In this document: positions 17,356 to 27,792 of the stretch, piece after piece
Layout of the letters: the number at the start of each line of letters is the position of its first letter
How positions within the stretch are numbered: position 1 is the stretch's first letter
Source: a virus
Taxonomy: Duplodnaviria; Caudoviricetes
IMG/VR virus record: IMGVR_UViG_3300030330_004178
Span: 1 to 33,740 of that record
Length of the DNA: 33,740 nt
Strand: one strand, 5' to 3'
The notes under the pieces: generated by a model
Seen by the model: only the letters and a program-made list of their open reading frames with translations
What the model was told of the DNA's origin: nothing
Database searches by the model: none
Translations under genes and position numbers: made by a program

Positions 17356-18981
17356 ATGGCAATAACAAGAGGACAAATGCAAAGACAATTAAGACAAAGT
17401 GGCGGTATCATGAATGCTGCGTCTGAAACTATTGGTGGTGGAGACTACGCAGGTATACCAATGGGTAGTAGAACTGGTTTTGGATTTCTTAGAAAACTTA
17501 AAAGAAGAGTTAGAAAAATAATACCAAACGAAATAGCAGATGTTGCAGTTAAAGCAGCACCTTTTGTTGCACCATTTAACCCTGCAGTTGCCGCTGCAAT
17601 GGCAGGTATAGGTAGTTTTGATCAAACGGGTAATCTTAGTGATGCATTTAAGAGAGGTGCATTGACTTACGGTGGTGGACAATTAGCTAGATATGTAGGT
17701 GGTGCTGATTTTCAAGGAAACCCTTTTCAATCAGGTGGTGCATTCAGAGGTGGGCTTGAAGGATTTAAAGCAGGTTTTAGTTCTCCATTGGGAAGTAAAA
17801 CTGGTATAGGTAAAATGTTAAGTGATAATGCTGCTGCAAAAGGAAAAGCACTCAAAGCAGAGGGTGTTTCAGAAATAGTTCCTGTGGGAGGAGATGCAGC
17901 TATTGCTGAAGCAACTTACGGTGTCAACCCTAATATTGTAAGTAAAAATCCAGTAAAAGGAGACACTAATTTTATAGGAGAATTATTTGGTAATATTAAA
18001 AACAAAGAGTATGGAGCTGTTGGTGACCAACTTCTTGAAGGGGCACAAACAATTGGTAAAGCAATATTTTTTGATAAAGATGGAAATGTAGATAAAGCAG
18101 CAGTCTTAGCAGCAGCGTCCATGGCAGCTAGTTATAAAGAGGCAAAAGAATTAGCAGATGATGCAGGTGTTGACATAACTGAGGAAGAATACGATGAAGC
18201 TAAAAAAGCAGAAAAGAAAGAAGAGTACGCAGGTTATCTACAAAACTTCTTTGGTGGTAAAAAAGATGGTGGAAGAATAGGCTTTGCACGTGGATCAGAT
18301 GATGAACCTGATGAGATTGAAGAATTTAAAAAATTAATAAGTGGTGAGATTATTGAAAACGAAGATCCAGACATGAAAGACATGGACGATTTAATGGCCG
18401 GTGGTGGTATTAGTTTTAGTAGAGCAGAAAAATCATTTCTATTTAGAAGACTAGGTGGATCTGGTGGTAGAGAAAGATCTTATACAATGCCACAACTTTA
18501 TAGAATATTAAGTAACCCTAATAGCCCTAGTAACATAGGTGATGCAACGATATTAAAACAAATAGCAGTTGTGGGTCTTGGTGGTAAAAAAGATGGTGGT
18601 AGAATTGAACTTGGCACCGGTAGCCGTCCATCTCAATTATTTAAATTATTAGAAGAAGCAGAAGCTGCAGGGGACATGGATAAAGTAAAAGAAATTAAAT
18701 CTGATTTATTTAAAGAGTTTGGTTTAAAACTAGCAATGGGTGGTGAAGTACCAGTCAGGAAAAACAAAGCAGGGATCGAGGAACTAGATTACAGAGAGTC
18801 AGGTGGTTTTGTACCGGTAGGAGTTAAAGAAAGAGCTGATGATGTACCTGCGATGTTATCTAAAAATGAGTTTGTTATGACAGCAGATGCAGTAAGAGGC
18901 ATCGGTGATGGCAGCGTTGAAAAGGGCGCACAAAAATTATATAACGTTATGAAACAAGCAGAAAAAGTAGGTAAGGCATAA
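17356..18981 (+). CDS. Internal virion/ejection protein with DGGR-type modules
   Basis: 541 aa; hydrophobic Ala/Gly segment; repeated GGKKDGGRI; C-terminal DDVPAMLSKNEFVMTADAV resembling a tape-measure-associated motif. Confidence 0.65.
   Translation: MAITRGQMQRQLRQSGGIMNAASETIGGGDYAGIPMGSRTGFGFLRKLKRRVRKIIPNEIADVAVKAAPFVAPFNPAVAAAMAGIGSFDQTGNLSDAFKRGALTYGGGQLARYVGGADFQGNPFQSGGAFRGGLEGFKAGFSSPLGSKTGIGKMLSDNAAAKGKALKAEGVSEIVPVGGDAAIAEATYGVNPNIVSKNPVKGDTNFIGELFGNIKNKEYGAVGDQLLEGAQTIGKAIFFDKDGNVDKAAVLAAASMAASYKEAKELADDAGVDITEEEYDEAKKAEKKEEYAGYLQNFFGGKKDGGRIGFARGSDDEPDEIEEFKKLISGEIIENEDPDMKDMDDLMAGGGISFSRAEKSFLFRRLGGSGGRERSYTMPQLYRILSNPNSPSNIGDATILKQIAVVGLGGKKDGGRIELGTGSRPSQLFKLLEEAEAAGDMDKVKEIKSDLFKEFGLKLAMGGEVPVRKNKAGIEELDYRESGGFVPVGVKERADDVPAMLSKNEFVMTADAVRGIGDGSVEKGAQKLYNVMKQAEKVGKA
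18251..18599 (+). repeat. 22-bp perfect direct repeat, 327 bp apart (in frame)
   Basis: TTGGTGGTAAAAAAGATGGTGG at 18251-18272 and 18578-18599. Confidence 0.9.
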
Positions 18982-19916
18982 TGGTAACTGAAACAAGAAC
19001 TAGACAATCACCAGAATTTGAGGCGGCTCAAGAACAATATATTGATCTGTTAACGAAACAGGTCGGTCGTGCTCCAGGCACGGGTGGTGTACCGACACTC
19101 GCGCAACTTGGACCTCAGGTTGCAGCCGTAGACCCGTTAACACAAGCAGCTCAACAACAGGCGGCAACTCAAGCAGGATTAGGTCAATTAACATTTGATC
19201 CAACAACAGGTGCAGTTACCGGTGTTGGCACAGGTACAGGTGTTGCAGGATTTCAACCATTTTTAGATCAAGCACAACAATTTCAAACCGCCGCTGCGGG
19301 ATTAACAGGCCCAACTGCTTTTCAACAATTTTTATCCCCATATCAACAACAAGTTATTGATGCAACATTAAGAGACTTCGATAAACAAGCGGCAGTAGAC
19401 AGAGCAAGAACTTTGCAACAAGCAGGAATGGGTACAGTGGGTAATTTAGATGCGGGTAGATTTGGTGTGCAACTTGCAGAACAAGGTGCACAATCTAATT
19501 TAGACAGAGCAGCATTACAAGCGAGATTATTACAGTCAGGATTTACACAAGCCTCTGATCTTGCTTCAAGAGCACAACAACAACAATTAGGTTTAGGTGA
19601 GTTCTCAAGAGGACTAGCATCACTACAGCCATCTTTAGCATCATCAACACAACAACAATTAGGCGGTGCAGGAACAGGGGCTCTAGCATTCCAACAAGCT
19701 TTATTAGATGCAGAACAACAAAGACAACAACTAGCATATCAAGAACCACTAAGTAGAATACAGGCTCTTGGATCAGGATTAGCTTCTCAGGTAGGTGGGG
19801 TACCTACTACAACTCAAACATTAGGAACACCTGCACCACAAGCAAGTCCATTGTCACAAGCACTACAAGTAGGTTTAACAGCGTACGGCCTTGGTAGTTT
19901 ATTTGGGAGAGGATAA
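18981..19916 (+). CDS. Gln/Ala-rich ejection (DNA pilot-like) protein
   Basis: 311 aa, Q-rich coiled coil, FLSPYQQQVID motif, hydrophobic Gly-rich C-terminus. Confidence 0.65.
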   Translation: MVTETRTRQSPEFEAAQEQYIDLLTKQVGRAPGTGGVPTLAQLGPQVAAVDPLTQAAQQQAATQAGLGQLTFDPTTGAVTGVGTGTGVAGFQPFLDQAQQFQTAAAGLTGPTAFQQFLSPYQQQVIDATLRDFDKQAAVDRARTLQQAGMGTVGNLDAGRFGVQLAEQGAQSNLDRAALQARLLQSGFTQASDLASRAQQQQLGLGEFSRGLASLQPSLASSTQQQLGGAGTGALAFQQALLDAEQQRQQLAYQEPLSRIQALGSGLASQVGGVPTTTQTLGTPAPQASPLSQALQVGLTAYGLGSLFGRG

Positions 19917-21448
19917 TGAGATACGTAAGACCTAGTTTTAAAATGGGTGGTACACCTAGTGGTATAGAAACTTTAACACCAAGAGTGCAAGCTCAAAATG
20001 GGTTTTTTGCAAACAAGCCTTTATTTGTATCTCCAAACAATTTAGCAAATCTACAAAACCAAAGATTTAATGTTGGTATTTCTGGAGGGCAAACACCTTA
20101 CATAGAAAGAATGATGAAAAGTTTTCCATTAAATGTTGATGACATGGGCGTAGCATCTGTGTCAGATGTAGATAGCACATCTTCAAGTGCTATTGGAGGC
20201 ACTAAATTTAAACAAGCTGAAAAAAATAGAGAAAATATAAATACAACAGATGAGTTTATAACAATATTAGCAGGACGTAATCAAACCCCAATAAGAGTTA
20301 AAAATCCTAACTACCAACCTGAAGGTGAATTTAGAGATGTTAATGTTAGAGGTGTTCCAACTAAAAGATTTTTTCCTGATGAAAAAATAGACATGGATGA
20401 AATAGCAGATAATGTCATAAGTAAAAACAAAGCTGAAAGAGATTTTCAACAAATAGTTAGAGATGCAGAGAAGAAATTTGCTAAAAAAGATGATGTTTCA
20501 ACAGAAGATAAAAAAACACTTTCTTTTGAAGAATTAGTAGCAAAAGAAGATGATGATGTTTTTAAAACTGAATTTGATAGACAATACAAAAGAATAGAAC
20601 AGTATCTAGGTGAGGATAAAAAAGATTTAAAAGGAGAGTTAGCCCTAGCTTTATCTGATGCAGTTGGAACACCTGGAACATTAGCAGATAAAGCTAAAGT
20701 TTTAAATTCTTTTCTATTACAAAAAGCAAGTAGAAAAAAAGCAAATAAAAGAGATTTTGCTAAATTAGCTTTTGCTGCAGCTAATGATTTAGAAAAAGCA
20801 AAAATATTAGCAAATAAAGAAACTTTTGAAGAAAAAAGATATAACAAATTATTTACATCTGCAGATATAATTGCTAACCCAGATAAATATTCTGAGTCAA
20901 CAGTTAATGCTGCAAAAAGTTATTTAAAAACTACTAAAGATATACAAGATTTATTAAAAAACAAAGAAGGAGACTTTACATTAACTGGTGCAACAGTAGC
21001 AAAAACTCTTGCAGAAATACCTGAAACAAAAAAGAAACTAGCAAAAGAATTAGCCAAAGGTGATAAAGCTAGACCAGAAAAAATAAAAGAATATAGAGAA
21101 TCATTAGCTTTAGCTCAAGCTCTTCTAAGTAAAGATTTAAATGCAATTTCAAATCTTGTAAAATTAGATTTTGCTGATGGTGGTAGAGTTAATCTAGCAC
21201 AATCTTTTGAAGGCACTGTAGGAGAAGCTGCTGATACACAAAAAACACCCGCTGCTAAAATTGATAGATTAGATTATAATGCATTAAGAACTAGACTACC
21301 TAGAGAAATTACAGATGATATTGTAAGACTTTTAGCTAACGATGATCAAGCGTTACAGGATTTTTCTTATATTAGAACTCAAGGAGATGTTAATCAATTT
21401 AATTTAAAATATGGAGTAACTTTAGTATTACCTCCAGAAAGTGCATAG
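19916..21448 (+). CDS. Internal virion protein (510 aa)
   Basis: Charged helical protein; RPSFKMGG at the N-terminus and FADGGRV before the C-terminal LRTRLPREITDDIVRLLA domain. Confidence 0.6.
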   Translation: MRYVRPSFKMGGTPSGIETLTPRVQAQNGFFANKPLFVSPNNLANLQNQRFNVGISGGQTPYIERMMKSFPLNVDDMGVASVSDVDSTSSSAIGGTKFKQAEKNRENINTTDEFITILAGRNQTPIRVKNPNYQPEGEFRDVNVRGVPTKRFFPDEKIDMDEIADNVISKNKAERDFQQIVRDAEKKFAKKDDVSTEDKKTLSFEELVAKEDDDVFKTEFDRQYKRIEQYLGEDKKDLKGELALALSDAVGTPGTLADKAKVLNSFLLQKASRKKANKRDFAKLAFAAANDLEKAKILANKETFEEKRYNKLFTSADIIANPDKYSESTVNAAKSYLKTTKDIQDLLKNKEGDFTLTGATVAKTLAEIPETKKKLAKELAKGDKARPEKIKEYRESLALAQALLSKDLNAISNLVKLDFADGGRVNLAQSFEGTVGEAADTQKTPAAKIDRLDYNALRTRLPREITDDIVRLLANDDQALQDFSYIRTQGDVNQFNLKYGVTLVLPPESA

Positions 21449-21455
21449 GAGGACT

Positions 21456-24400
21456 ATGGCTGAAGAAAAAAGTTTATTTCAAAGAATATCTGAAGATATA
21501 ACTGTTGATACCGATCCTTTACCAAGGAGAGTTGGTGCTTTTGATTATTTAACAGACATACCTCTAGGTTTGGTAAAAGGAGTTAGCCAAGCCGTTAAAG
21601 GTTTAGTTTCTTTAGGAGCTTTACCTATTGATTATGTAGCAGACACTAATCTAACATCTAAAATAGATAGTCTTTTTGATAAGATCACACCAGAAACAGA
21701 TACTATTGTTGGTGATATAACTTCTGTTTTAGGTCAGTTTGGATTACCTGCAGGAGTAGCCGTAAAAGTAGCAAACGGCATGTTAAAGTTAAGTAAAGCC
21801 AGTCAATTAAAAAAACTATCAAGTTTTAAAAAAGCAGATGGCTCTTACGATATAGCAGGAGCCGGTGGTGAACTTGCAAAACGTGCAGGTTATTATGGGA
21901 GTATTGGTGCAGTTACAGATTTTGCAGTATCGACTCCAGGTGATCTACCAACGTTTTCAGAAACTTTTGGTTTTGGAGAAGCTTATAAGGGAAAAGAATT
22001 AAAAGGTAGAGATAGAGCAATTGAAGACTTTAAAGAAAAAATTAGATTTGGTGCAGAGGGGGCATTATTAGGTGGTGGTGTAGTAACTGCTTTACCTGTT
22101 GCAGGTACTTTAGGTTTTAAATATGGAATAATGCCTGCGGGTAAATACATTGTTAAACCAGTCGGACAAGCCGCTTTTAAAACTGCAGATGCTTTAGTAT
22201 TTAATCCAATAGGTAAATTAGCTTCAACAGAATTAGTTGGTAAAGGAACTAAAGTTGCAGGTGAATTTATTGGTAATCAAACTAGTGCGTTAAGAAAAAA
22301 ATTAGGATTATCAGAACCAGGTAGTTGGAAAAAATTATCAGACTCACCTAATGCACCTTTGTTTGAAAGATTTAAACGTAAATTAGATAAAGCAAAAAAT
22401 TTATTTACCGATCCTCTTAATGATGCTACGGCACAAGAGGCAAGAGAGGTAATTCAATACGCGGATGCTGACAGAAAAAATATAGCTAGATTTATTAAAG
22501 ATATAGATACTAAATTTAAAGATATTGCAAATAATCAAGCTATTAAACTACCAAAATATTTAAGAGATTCTAAAATTAAATATCCATCAAAAATAACTGA
22601 CAAAAGTGATGTTATGTTAAGAAAAATGGAAGATGATATGTTTGATTATTTAAAAGCTCCTGTTGGTATGGATAAGGGATTATTAAATAATTTGGATGAA
22701 TCTGTTAGAGATTCTGCATTATCTATGAAAAATTTAATAGTTAAATTAAATAATCAGTACGGAAAAATACTGGCAGATAGTGGTGATAAATCTTTAGAGG
22801 CTTTAGCTGCAGAAATAACTAAAAACGGAGGGGCATACTTAAAACAAACGTTTTCCGCTATGAAAAATAAAGCGTTTGAACCAGATGAAAAATTTTTAGA
22901 AAAGGCTACAACATATTTTAAAGAAAAAGTTATTCCTAATTCAAAAGAATATTCAAGAATAGTTTCAGATAAAATGGCTAAAGATAATATATCAAGATCA
23001 GATGCTGTTGATTTTGTGGCTGATAGTATTTTAGGAGATTTAAAAAATACCTTGATACAAAGTAATAGAAGTCCAGAGTCTTTGTTTAGAACTGTTACAG
23101 ACACATTTAAAATTTCAACAGCTGAAGCAAAAATAGGAGTTGATGGGTTATTAGAGGCGGGAGTCCCTATTCAAGATTTAATGAAATCAACTCTTAAAAC
23201 AGACGCTGATGCTATTATAGGAGCATATTTAACACCAACAAAAAGTTATCAAGATGCAGTTGTTGATACGGTTATGACCGCAACAAAACAAGTATATCAA
23301 AAAGATTTTTTTGATAGAACTGCAAAAACGGGTTTAGAAAGAGGTTTTTTATTTAGATCTAGAGCAGAAGCTGCAACAAAAGGTTATAAAAATGCAGATA
23401 CAATGATACCAGTTTCTAAAGATTTTACACCAGGCCCTACATACACAGTTTTTGATAGCGATATGTTTAATGCAGGTATTAGAATAGGAAAGGATGGAGC
23501 AGAATTACCAGGTCCATTATATGCGTTACCAGAAATTGCTAACGCTATTAGAGGACAAGATGAATATCTAACAAAACTTTTTGATTTACCTGGATATAAA
23601 GCTTTAATGTCTGTTAAAGCAGCAGGTCAAGTAGGTAAAACAGTTTTCTCACCAATGACTCAAATAAGAAACGTATCAACTGCATCTTTTTTTGCTTTAG
23701 CAAGTGGTTTAATTGGTGGTAGAGCTAGTTTAACAGATGCTTTTAAATTACTAGCAGATGATTTGTTTCCTGGAAAATTTGTAAAAGTTAGTGATGTTGC
23801 AAAAAAAATGGAAGATCTAATACGAAGAGGAGTTGTTGATCAAAATATTGAAGTAAACGAAATTAGAAATATTTTAGATAAAGCAAAAAAAGGTAATTTT
23901 AGTCTACAAACTTTAATTGAAAACCCAATCGTAAAAAGAGCGTTTGATCTTTATCAAGGTGGTGACAACGTTTGGAAAATATATGCAGATAAATTTTATC
24001 AAAGTGCTTTAAAAGACGCTTTTAGTTATGTCACACCACAACAGGCTAAAGCAGGCATAAGTGGTGATAGAGCAATCAGAGAAAATATGATTGATTGGTA
24101 TAGAACAATTGCTAAACAAAATGACATAGCTGATGAGTTGGCTTCTATAAATAATAAAATAATTAACGCTAAAACAACAAATGAAGCTGCAGGTCTATCC
24201 CAACAATTTAATAATTTAAGAAGTGTTGGAGATGTATCTTCTTATTTAGTTACCAATACAATACCAACATATAGTAGAGTTCCAAAAATAATAAAAAATA
24301 TTAGAAATTTACCTTTAGGTAATTTCATAGCTTTTCCTGCGGAAATATTAAGAACAGGAACACACTTATTAACTATAGGTGGTAGAGAGTTGATGAGTGC

Positions 24401-25748
24401 AAATCCGTTTATTAGACAAATGGGGGCAAGAAGATTATTAGGGGCATCAGCCGTATTTGGCGGAACAGGGGCAATAGTTGCAGGCACAGCCGAAAAATTA
24501 ACTGGTGTAAGCGATGAAAAAATGGAAGCTTTTAAAAGATCAATAGCACCTGACTTCCAAAAAAATTCAACCTTGATACCGCTTACAAAACCAGATGAAA
24601 ATGGAGAATTTAAATATTTTAATTTTTCTTACACAAATCCATATGATTCTTTAACAAGACCTGTTAATGCAATATTAACTGCTCATTCAAATGGTCAACT
24701 AAATGATGCTAAATTAAGTGAGATACTTTACGATAGTTTTATATATGACAGAGACACAAATGCACCAGGAGCTCTAACAGAGTTTATAACTCCTTTTGTT
24801 AGTGAATCAATTGGAGCAGGAGCAATTGCAGATTTAACCATAAGAGGTGGTAGAACAAAAGACGGTAAAATTATTTATTATCCTCAAGATGATATTATGG
24901 AAATTTTAGATGCATCTTTTGGACATTTAGTGGGTCAACTAGAACCTGGTGCATCAAGAAGTTTTAGAAGAGTTTATAAAGGTGTTACAGAATCATTTAA
25001 TGATTTTGGAACTCAATACGATGGAGCAACAGAATTTGCAGCACTAACAACTGGTTTAAGAATTGAAACAGCTAAACCCTTAAATAGTCTACCTTTTATA
25101 ATTTCTTCTTACAATAGAGATATAGAAAATATAAGAAATAAATTTTCTAGAAATGCGTATAGTCCTAACATAGATGTAAGAGGTAGGGTTGGGTTTATGC
25201 AAGAATATTTAGAGGATTCTTATAGAGCACAAAGTAATTTAAGTAGAATAATTAATGATATGAAAATTATTGGAGTTGATGAAGATTTAATAGAAGAGGG
25301 AATATCAGAGAGATTTAGAAATAAAAAACAAACTGATGCTATGATGGATGGTGAATATAGAGCACCTAATTTTTCAGAAGAGAGATTTAAAACTTTAATA
25401 GATAGATTAGAAAGAGAAGATCCAATAGCTGCAGCTCAAGTAGAATCTGAAATTGAAGAAGCTGTTGATATAATTAGTGATATTAGAGATGAAGTAGATG
25501 ATGAAGATTTAGGTTTAAACCCTAGTTTTATATCAGACAGAGTTAGAGAATTGTTTGAAATTCCATCAGTCCCAACAGGAGGAATCATATCAGATCAAGT
25601 TGCACAAAAAGTAAATTTACCGGTAGATCCAAATGCAGCTACTCAACCTAGCCCTTCGGTAATAGCACAAACTAAAAAACCAATCACGTTGACTGAATTA
25701 GAACAATCTCCAATATTTAGTTTACTAAGACAAAGAGGATTAGCTTAA
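21456..25748 (+). CDS. Large internal virion/ejection protein (about 1430 aa)
   Basis: AGGAGG SD before ATG 21456; size, helical character and position match podovirus ejection proteins; LPLGNFIAFPAEILR motif. Confidence 0.7.
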   Translation: MAEEKSLFQRISEDITVDTDPLPRRVGAFDYLTDIPLGLVKGVSQAVKGLVSLGALPIDYVADTNLTSKIDSLFDKITPETDTIVGDITSVLGQFGLPAGVAVKVANGMLKLSKASQLKKLSSFKKADGSYDIAGAGGELAKRAGYYGSIGAVTDFAVSTPGDLPTFSETFGFGEAYKGKELKGRDRAIEDFKEKIRFGAEGALLGGGVVTALPVAGTLGFKYGIMPAGKYIVKPVGQAAFKTADALVFNPIGKLASTELVGKGTKVAGEFIGNQTSALRKKLGLSEPGSWKKLSDSPNAPLFERFKRKLDKAKNLFTDPLNDATAQEAREVIQYADADRKNIARFIKDIDTKFKDIANNQAIKLPKYLRDSKIKYPSKITDKSDVMLRKMEDDMFDYLKAPVGMDKGLLNNLDESVRDSALSMKNLIVKLNNQYGKILADSGDKSLEALAAEITKNGGAYLKQTFSAMKNKAFEPDEKFLEKATTYFKEKVIPNSKEYSRIVSDKMAKDNISRSDAVDFVADSILGDLKNTLIQSNRSPESLFRTVTDTFKISTAEAKIGVDGLLEAGVPIQDLMKSTLKTDADAIIGAYLTPTKSYQDAVVDTVMTATKQVYQKDFFDRTAKTGLERGFLFRSRAEAATKGYKNADTMIPVSKDFTPGPTYTVFDSDMFNAGIRIGKDGAELPGPLYALPEIANAIRGQDEYLTKLFDLPGYKALMSVKAAGQVGKTVFSPMTQIRNVSTASFFALASGLIGGRASLTDAFKLLADDLFPGKFVKVSDVAKKMEDLIRRGVVDQNIEVNEIRNILDKAKKGNFSLQTLIENPIVKRAFDLYQGGDNVWKIYADKFYQSALKDAFSYVTPQQAKAGISGDRAIRENMIDWYRTIAKQNDIADELASINNKIINAKTTNEAAGLSQQFNNLRSVGDVSSYLVTNTIPTYSRVPKIIKNIRNLPLGNFIAFPAEILRTGTHLLTIGGRELMSANPFIRQMGARRLLGASAVFGGTGAIVAGTAEKLTGVSDEKMEAFKRSIAPDFQKNSTLIPLTKPDENGEFKYFNFSYTNPYDSLTRPVNAILTAHSNGQLNDAKLSEILYDSFIYDRDTNAPGALTEFITPFVSESIGAGAIADLTIRGGRTKDGKIIYYPQDDIMEILDASFGHLVGQLEPGASRSFRRVYKGVTESFNDFGTQYDGATEFAALTTGLRIETAKPLNSLPFIISSYNRDIENIRNKFSRNAYSPNIDVRGRVGFMQEYLEDSYRAQSNLSRIINDMKIIGVDEDLIEEGISERFRNKKQTDAMMDGEYRAPNFSEERFKTLIDRLEREDPIAAAQVESEIEEAVDIISDIRDEVDDEDLGLNPSFISDRVRELFEIPSVPTGGIISDQVAQKVNLPVDPNAATQPSPSVIAQTKKPITLTELEQSPIFSLLRQRGLA

Positions 25749-25945
25749 TGACTAAAAAATACGACGCATTACAAAGAATAGAATCACATGAGAAGCTTTG
25801 CAGAATAATGCAAAAACAAACTTACGATAGAATGCAACAATTACAGGGTCAAATAACTAGAATAGAACGAATATTATTAGTTTCTATGGGTGCAGTAATG
25901 ACTGGTATGGGTGGTGTTATCGTAGTTTTATTACAGAAACTCTAA
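25748..25945 (+). CDS. Small coiled-coil protein with C-terminal TM helix (holin/XhlA-like candidate)
   Basis: 65 aa: IESHEKLC..., then ILLVSMGAVMTGMGGVIVVLL. Confidence 0.55.
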   Translation: MTKKYDALQRIESHEKLCRIMQKQTYDRMQQLQGQITRIERILLVSMGAVMTGMGGVIVVLLQKL

Positions 25946-25966
25946 CACCACCGAAGATTCAACTTC

Positions 25967-26227
25967 TTAATTTTTTAACAGCACACCCATGACTAATTTG
26001 TTAAATTTTGATGGCTCGCTAAAATTATATTTAATTGGTGGAGATACAACATTTTTTAGTTTCTCCTCCATATTAATTAATTTATTTACTGTCTCTTTAT
26101 CCTCCTCTGTTTTTTTCCACTCTAATGGATCATCATAACCAGACATCTCAAATTGAAAATCTATACAATCTCTTAAAAATTCAATGTCCTTTTCTGATAA
26201 TGTTACTTTATATTTTTTGTCTTTCAT
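25967..26227 (-). CDS. Hypothetical accessory protein (86 aa) with its own promoter
   Basis: AAAGGAG SD on the minus strand; near-consensus promoter upstream. Confidence 0.75.
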   Translation of the reverse strand: MKDKKYKVTLSEKDIEFLRDCIDFQFEMSGYDDPLEWKKTEEDKETVNKLINMEEKLKNVVSPPIKYNFSEPSKFNKLVMGVLLKN

Positions 26228-26251
26228 TTTTTCTCCTTTGTGTATGATAGG

Positions 26252-26280
26252 ACTATATAGGATAATATATTAAATGTCAA
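26252..26280 (-). promoter_or_regulatory. Near-consensus sigma70 promoter
   Basis: Minus strand reads TTGACA(26280-26275)-17 bp-TATAGT(26257-26252). Confidence 0.8.
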
Positions 26281-26296
26281 TTGACAAATTGTCGCA

Positions 26297-27730
26297 CTAA
26301 ATCCAGTCTTCTAATTTCTCTCCCATGATCTGACTTGCAATATCAATTTTTTTACGTAAAGCTTTTACAATTTTTTCATCAACAGTTTTTTCTGCGATTA
26401 TATCTACATATGTCATATTTCTAGTTTGACCAATACGATCTATTCTAGCTTCTGATTGTGTTCTTTTTTCTAAATCATAACCATTAGAAAAATAAATCAT
26501 TGTATTTGCTTCAGTGAGTGTGATACCATACCCGCCAGTTTGTGGTGTACCAACCAAGAATCTCACTTCACTATCTGGGTTTTGTATTTCTTTGATAGCC
26601 TTTTGCCTATCTTCAGTAGTGGTGTCACCATAATAAGTGACCACGGATCGAGGACCATAGTCTTTTGATATGGCAGCTACCACATTATTTATATCATGTC
26701 TCCAATGACACCAGATAACTGCTTTACCCTCTACTTCATCTAATACATTTAATAATTCTGATATTCTATTATTTTTTATTTGTTTAACTGTGCCATCATC
26801 AGCTTTAAAGTGACCACAAGTTATTTGTTGCAAACGCATCAATTGCACAAGTGCAGTGCTAGTAGTCATGGTTTTATTATGCATCTCTGCGACTGCCATT
26901 CTTTTCATTTGTGTATAAAGCTTTTGTTGCTCTGAAGATAATTGTATAGTTCTTTTTGTGTATGTTTTAGGCGGTAGATCTAAACAATCTTTTTTTAAAA
27001 TTCTCTCTGAAAAAGGTTTTATAATCTCAGCCAACTCATCTAAATTTTTGTAACCTGCAACTATTTGAAAAGACTTACCACCAAAGTTCATAGTTTTTAA
27101 TTTTGCATATCTAGATCTAAAAGCATAGTAAGAAGAGAACCCTAATAATTCTGGTTGTAAAAACTCACATTGTTTATACAGATCTAATGGTGACTTTGTA
27201 ACCGGTGAACCAGTTAATATTCTTGAGAATCTTGCAGCAAGACCTAAATCACAAATATTTTTTGTACGTTTTGCGTCAGGGTTTTTTATAGTTGTGGACT
27301 CATCAACGGCCATCAGTGTTCTATGAGAGAATAAAAATTTTTTTGCAAAGTCTACACCTTTTTGTGTAGATAGAGCTTCTACATTCATTATTAAAATATG
27401 TAGATCCTCATCTGTTTTAAATAAACTATCTAATTCTCTTTGTTGTTTTTGACTTATGGTAGCCTGCCATAGCACAACTTTCTTATCTATGTGGTTTACC
27501 ATATGATTCGGTATCTCTTGATCATACCAATTTTTATAAACACCTTTTGGTGCAATAATTAAAGCACCATCAATCTTACCATTATCATAAAGCATGGATA
27601 TATTATCTATCAATACCTTAGATTTACCTGTACCCATCTCCATAAAATAAGCAAAGAATGGTTTTTTCCATGATCTTTTTAACGCCTTGAGCTGATGCTC
27701 GTATGGCTTTGTTTTAAATTTGTAATCCAT
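26297..27730 (-). CDS. SNF2-family (SF2) helicase/ATPase
   Basis: Start MDYKFKTKPY at 27730; MEMGTGKS, VDEST, LTGSP, GITLTEA, QSEARIDRIGQ. Confidence 0.92.
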   Translation of the reverse strand: MDYKFKTKPYEHQLKALKRSWKKPFFAYFMEMGTGKSKVLIDNISMLYDNGKIDGALIIAPKGVYKNWYDQEIPNHMVNHIDKKVVLWQATISQKQQRELDSLFKTDEDLHILIMNVEALSTQKGVDFAKKFLFSHRTLMAVDESTTIKNPDAKRTKNICDLGLAARFSRILTGSPVTKSPLDLYKQCEFLQPELLGFSSYYAFRSRYAKLKTMNFGGKSFQIVAGYKNLDELAEIIKPFSERILKKDCLDLPPKTYTKRTIQLSSEQQKLYTQMKRMAVAEMHNKTMTTSTALVQLMRLQQITCGHFKADDGTVKQIKNNRISELLNVLDEVEGKAVIWCHWRHDINNVVAAISKDYGPRSVVTYYGDTTTEDRQKAIKEIQNPDSEVRFLVGTPQTGGYGITLTEANTMIYFSNGYDLEKRTQSEARIDRIGQTRNMTYVDIIAEKTVDEKIVKALRKKIDIASQIMGEKLEDWI

Positions 27731-27745
27731 AAATAGTTTATTATT

Positions 27746-27792
27746 CTTTCTTGCAAAACAATATAAACATGATAAATAATAAGTCAAGAAAG
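27746..27792. promoter_or_regulatory. Divergent promoter region bracketed by an inverted repeat
   Basis: CTTTCTTG 27746-27753 / CAAGAAAG 27785-27792; minus strand TTGACT-16-TATATT; plus strand TTGCAA with an AT-rich -10. Confidence 0.5.

Noticed and set aside
14522-24487. Short nested or antisense ORFs within the nozzle and ejection genes
   Set aside because: Fully embedded in long coding genes, with no independent support
4187-25748. Many TAATG stop/start overlaps
   Set aside because: Ordinary translational coupling in compact phage genomes
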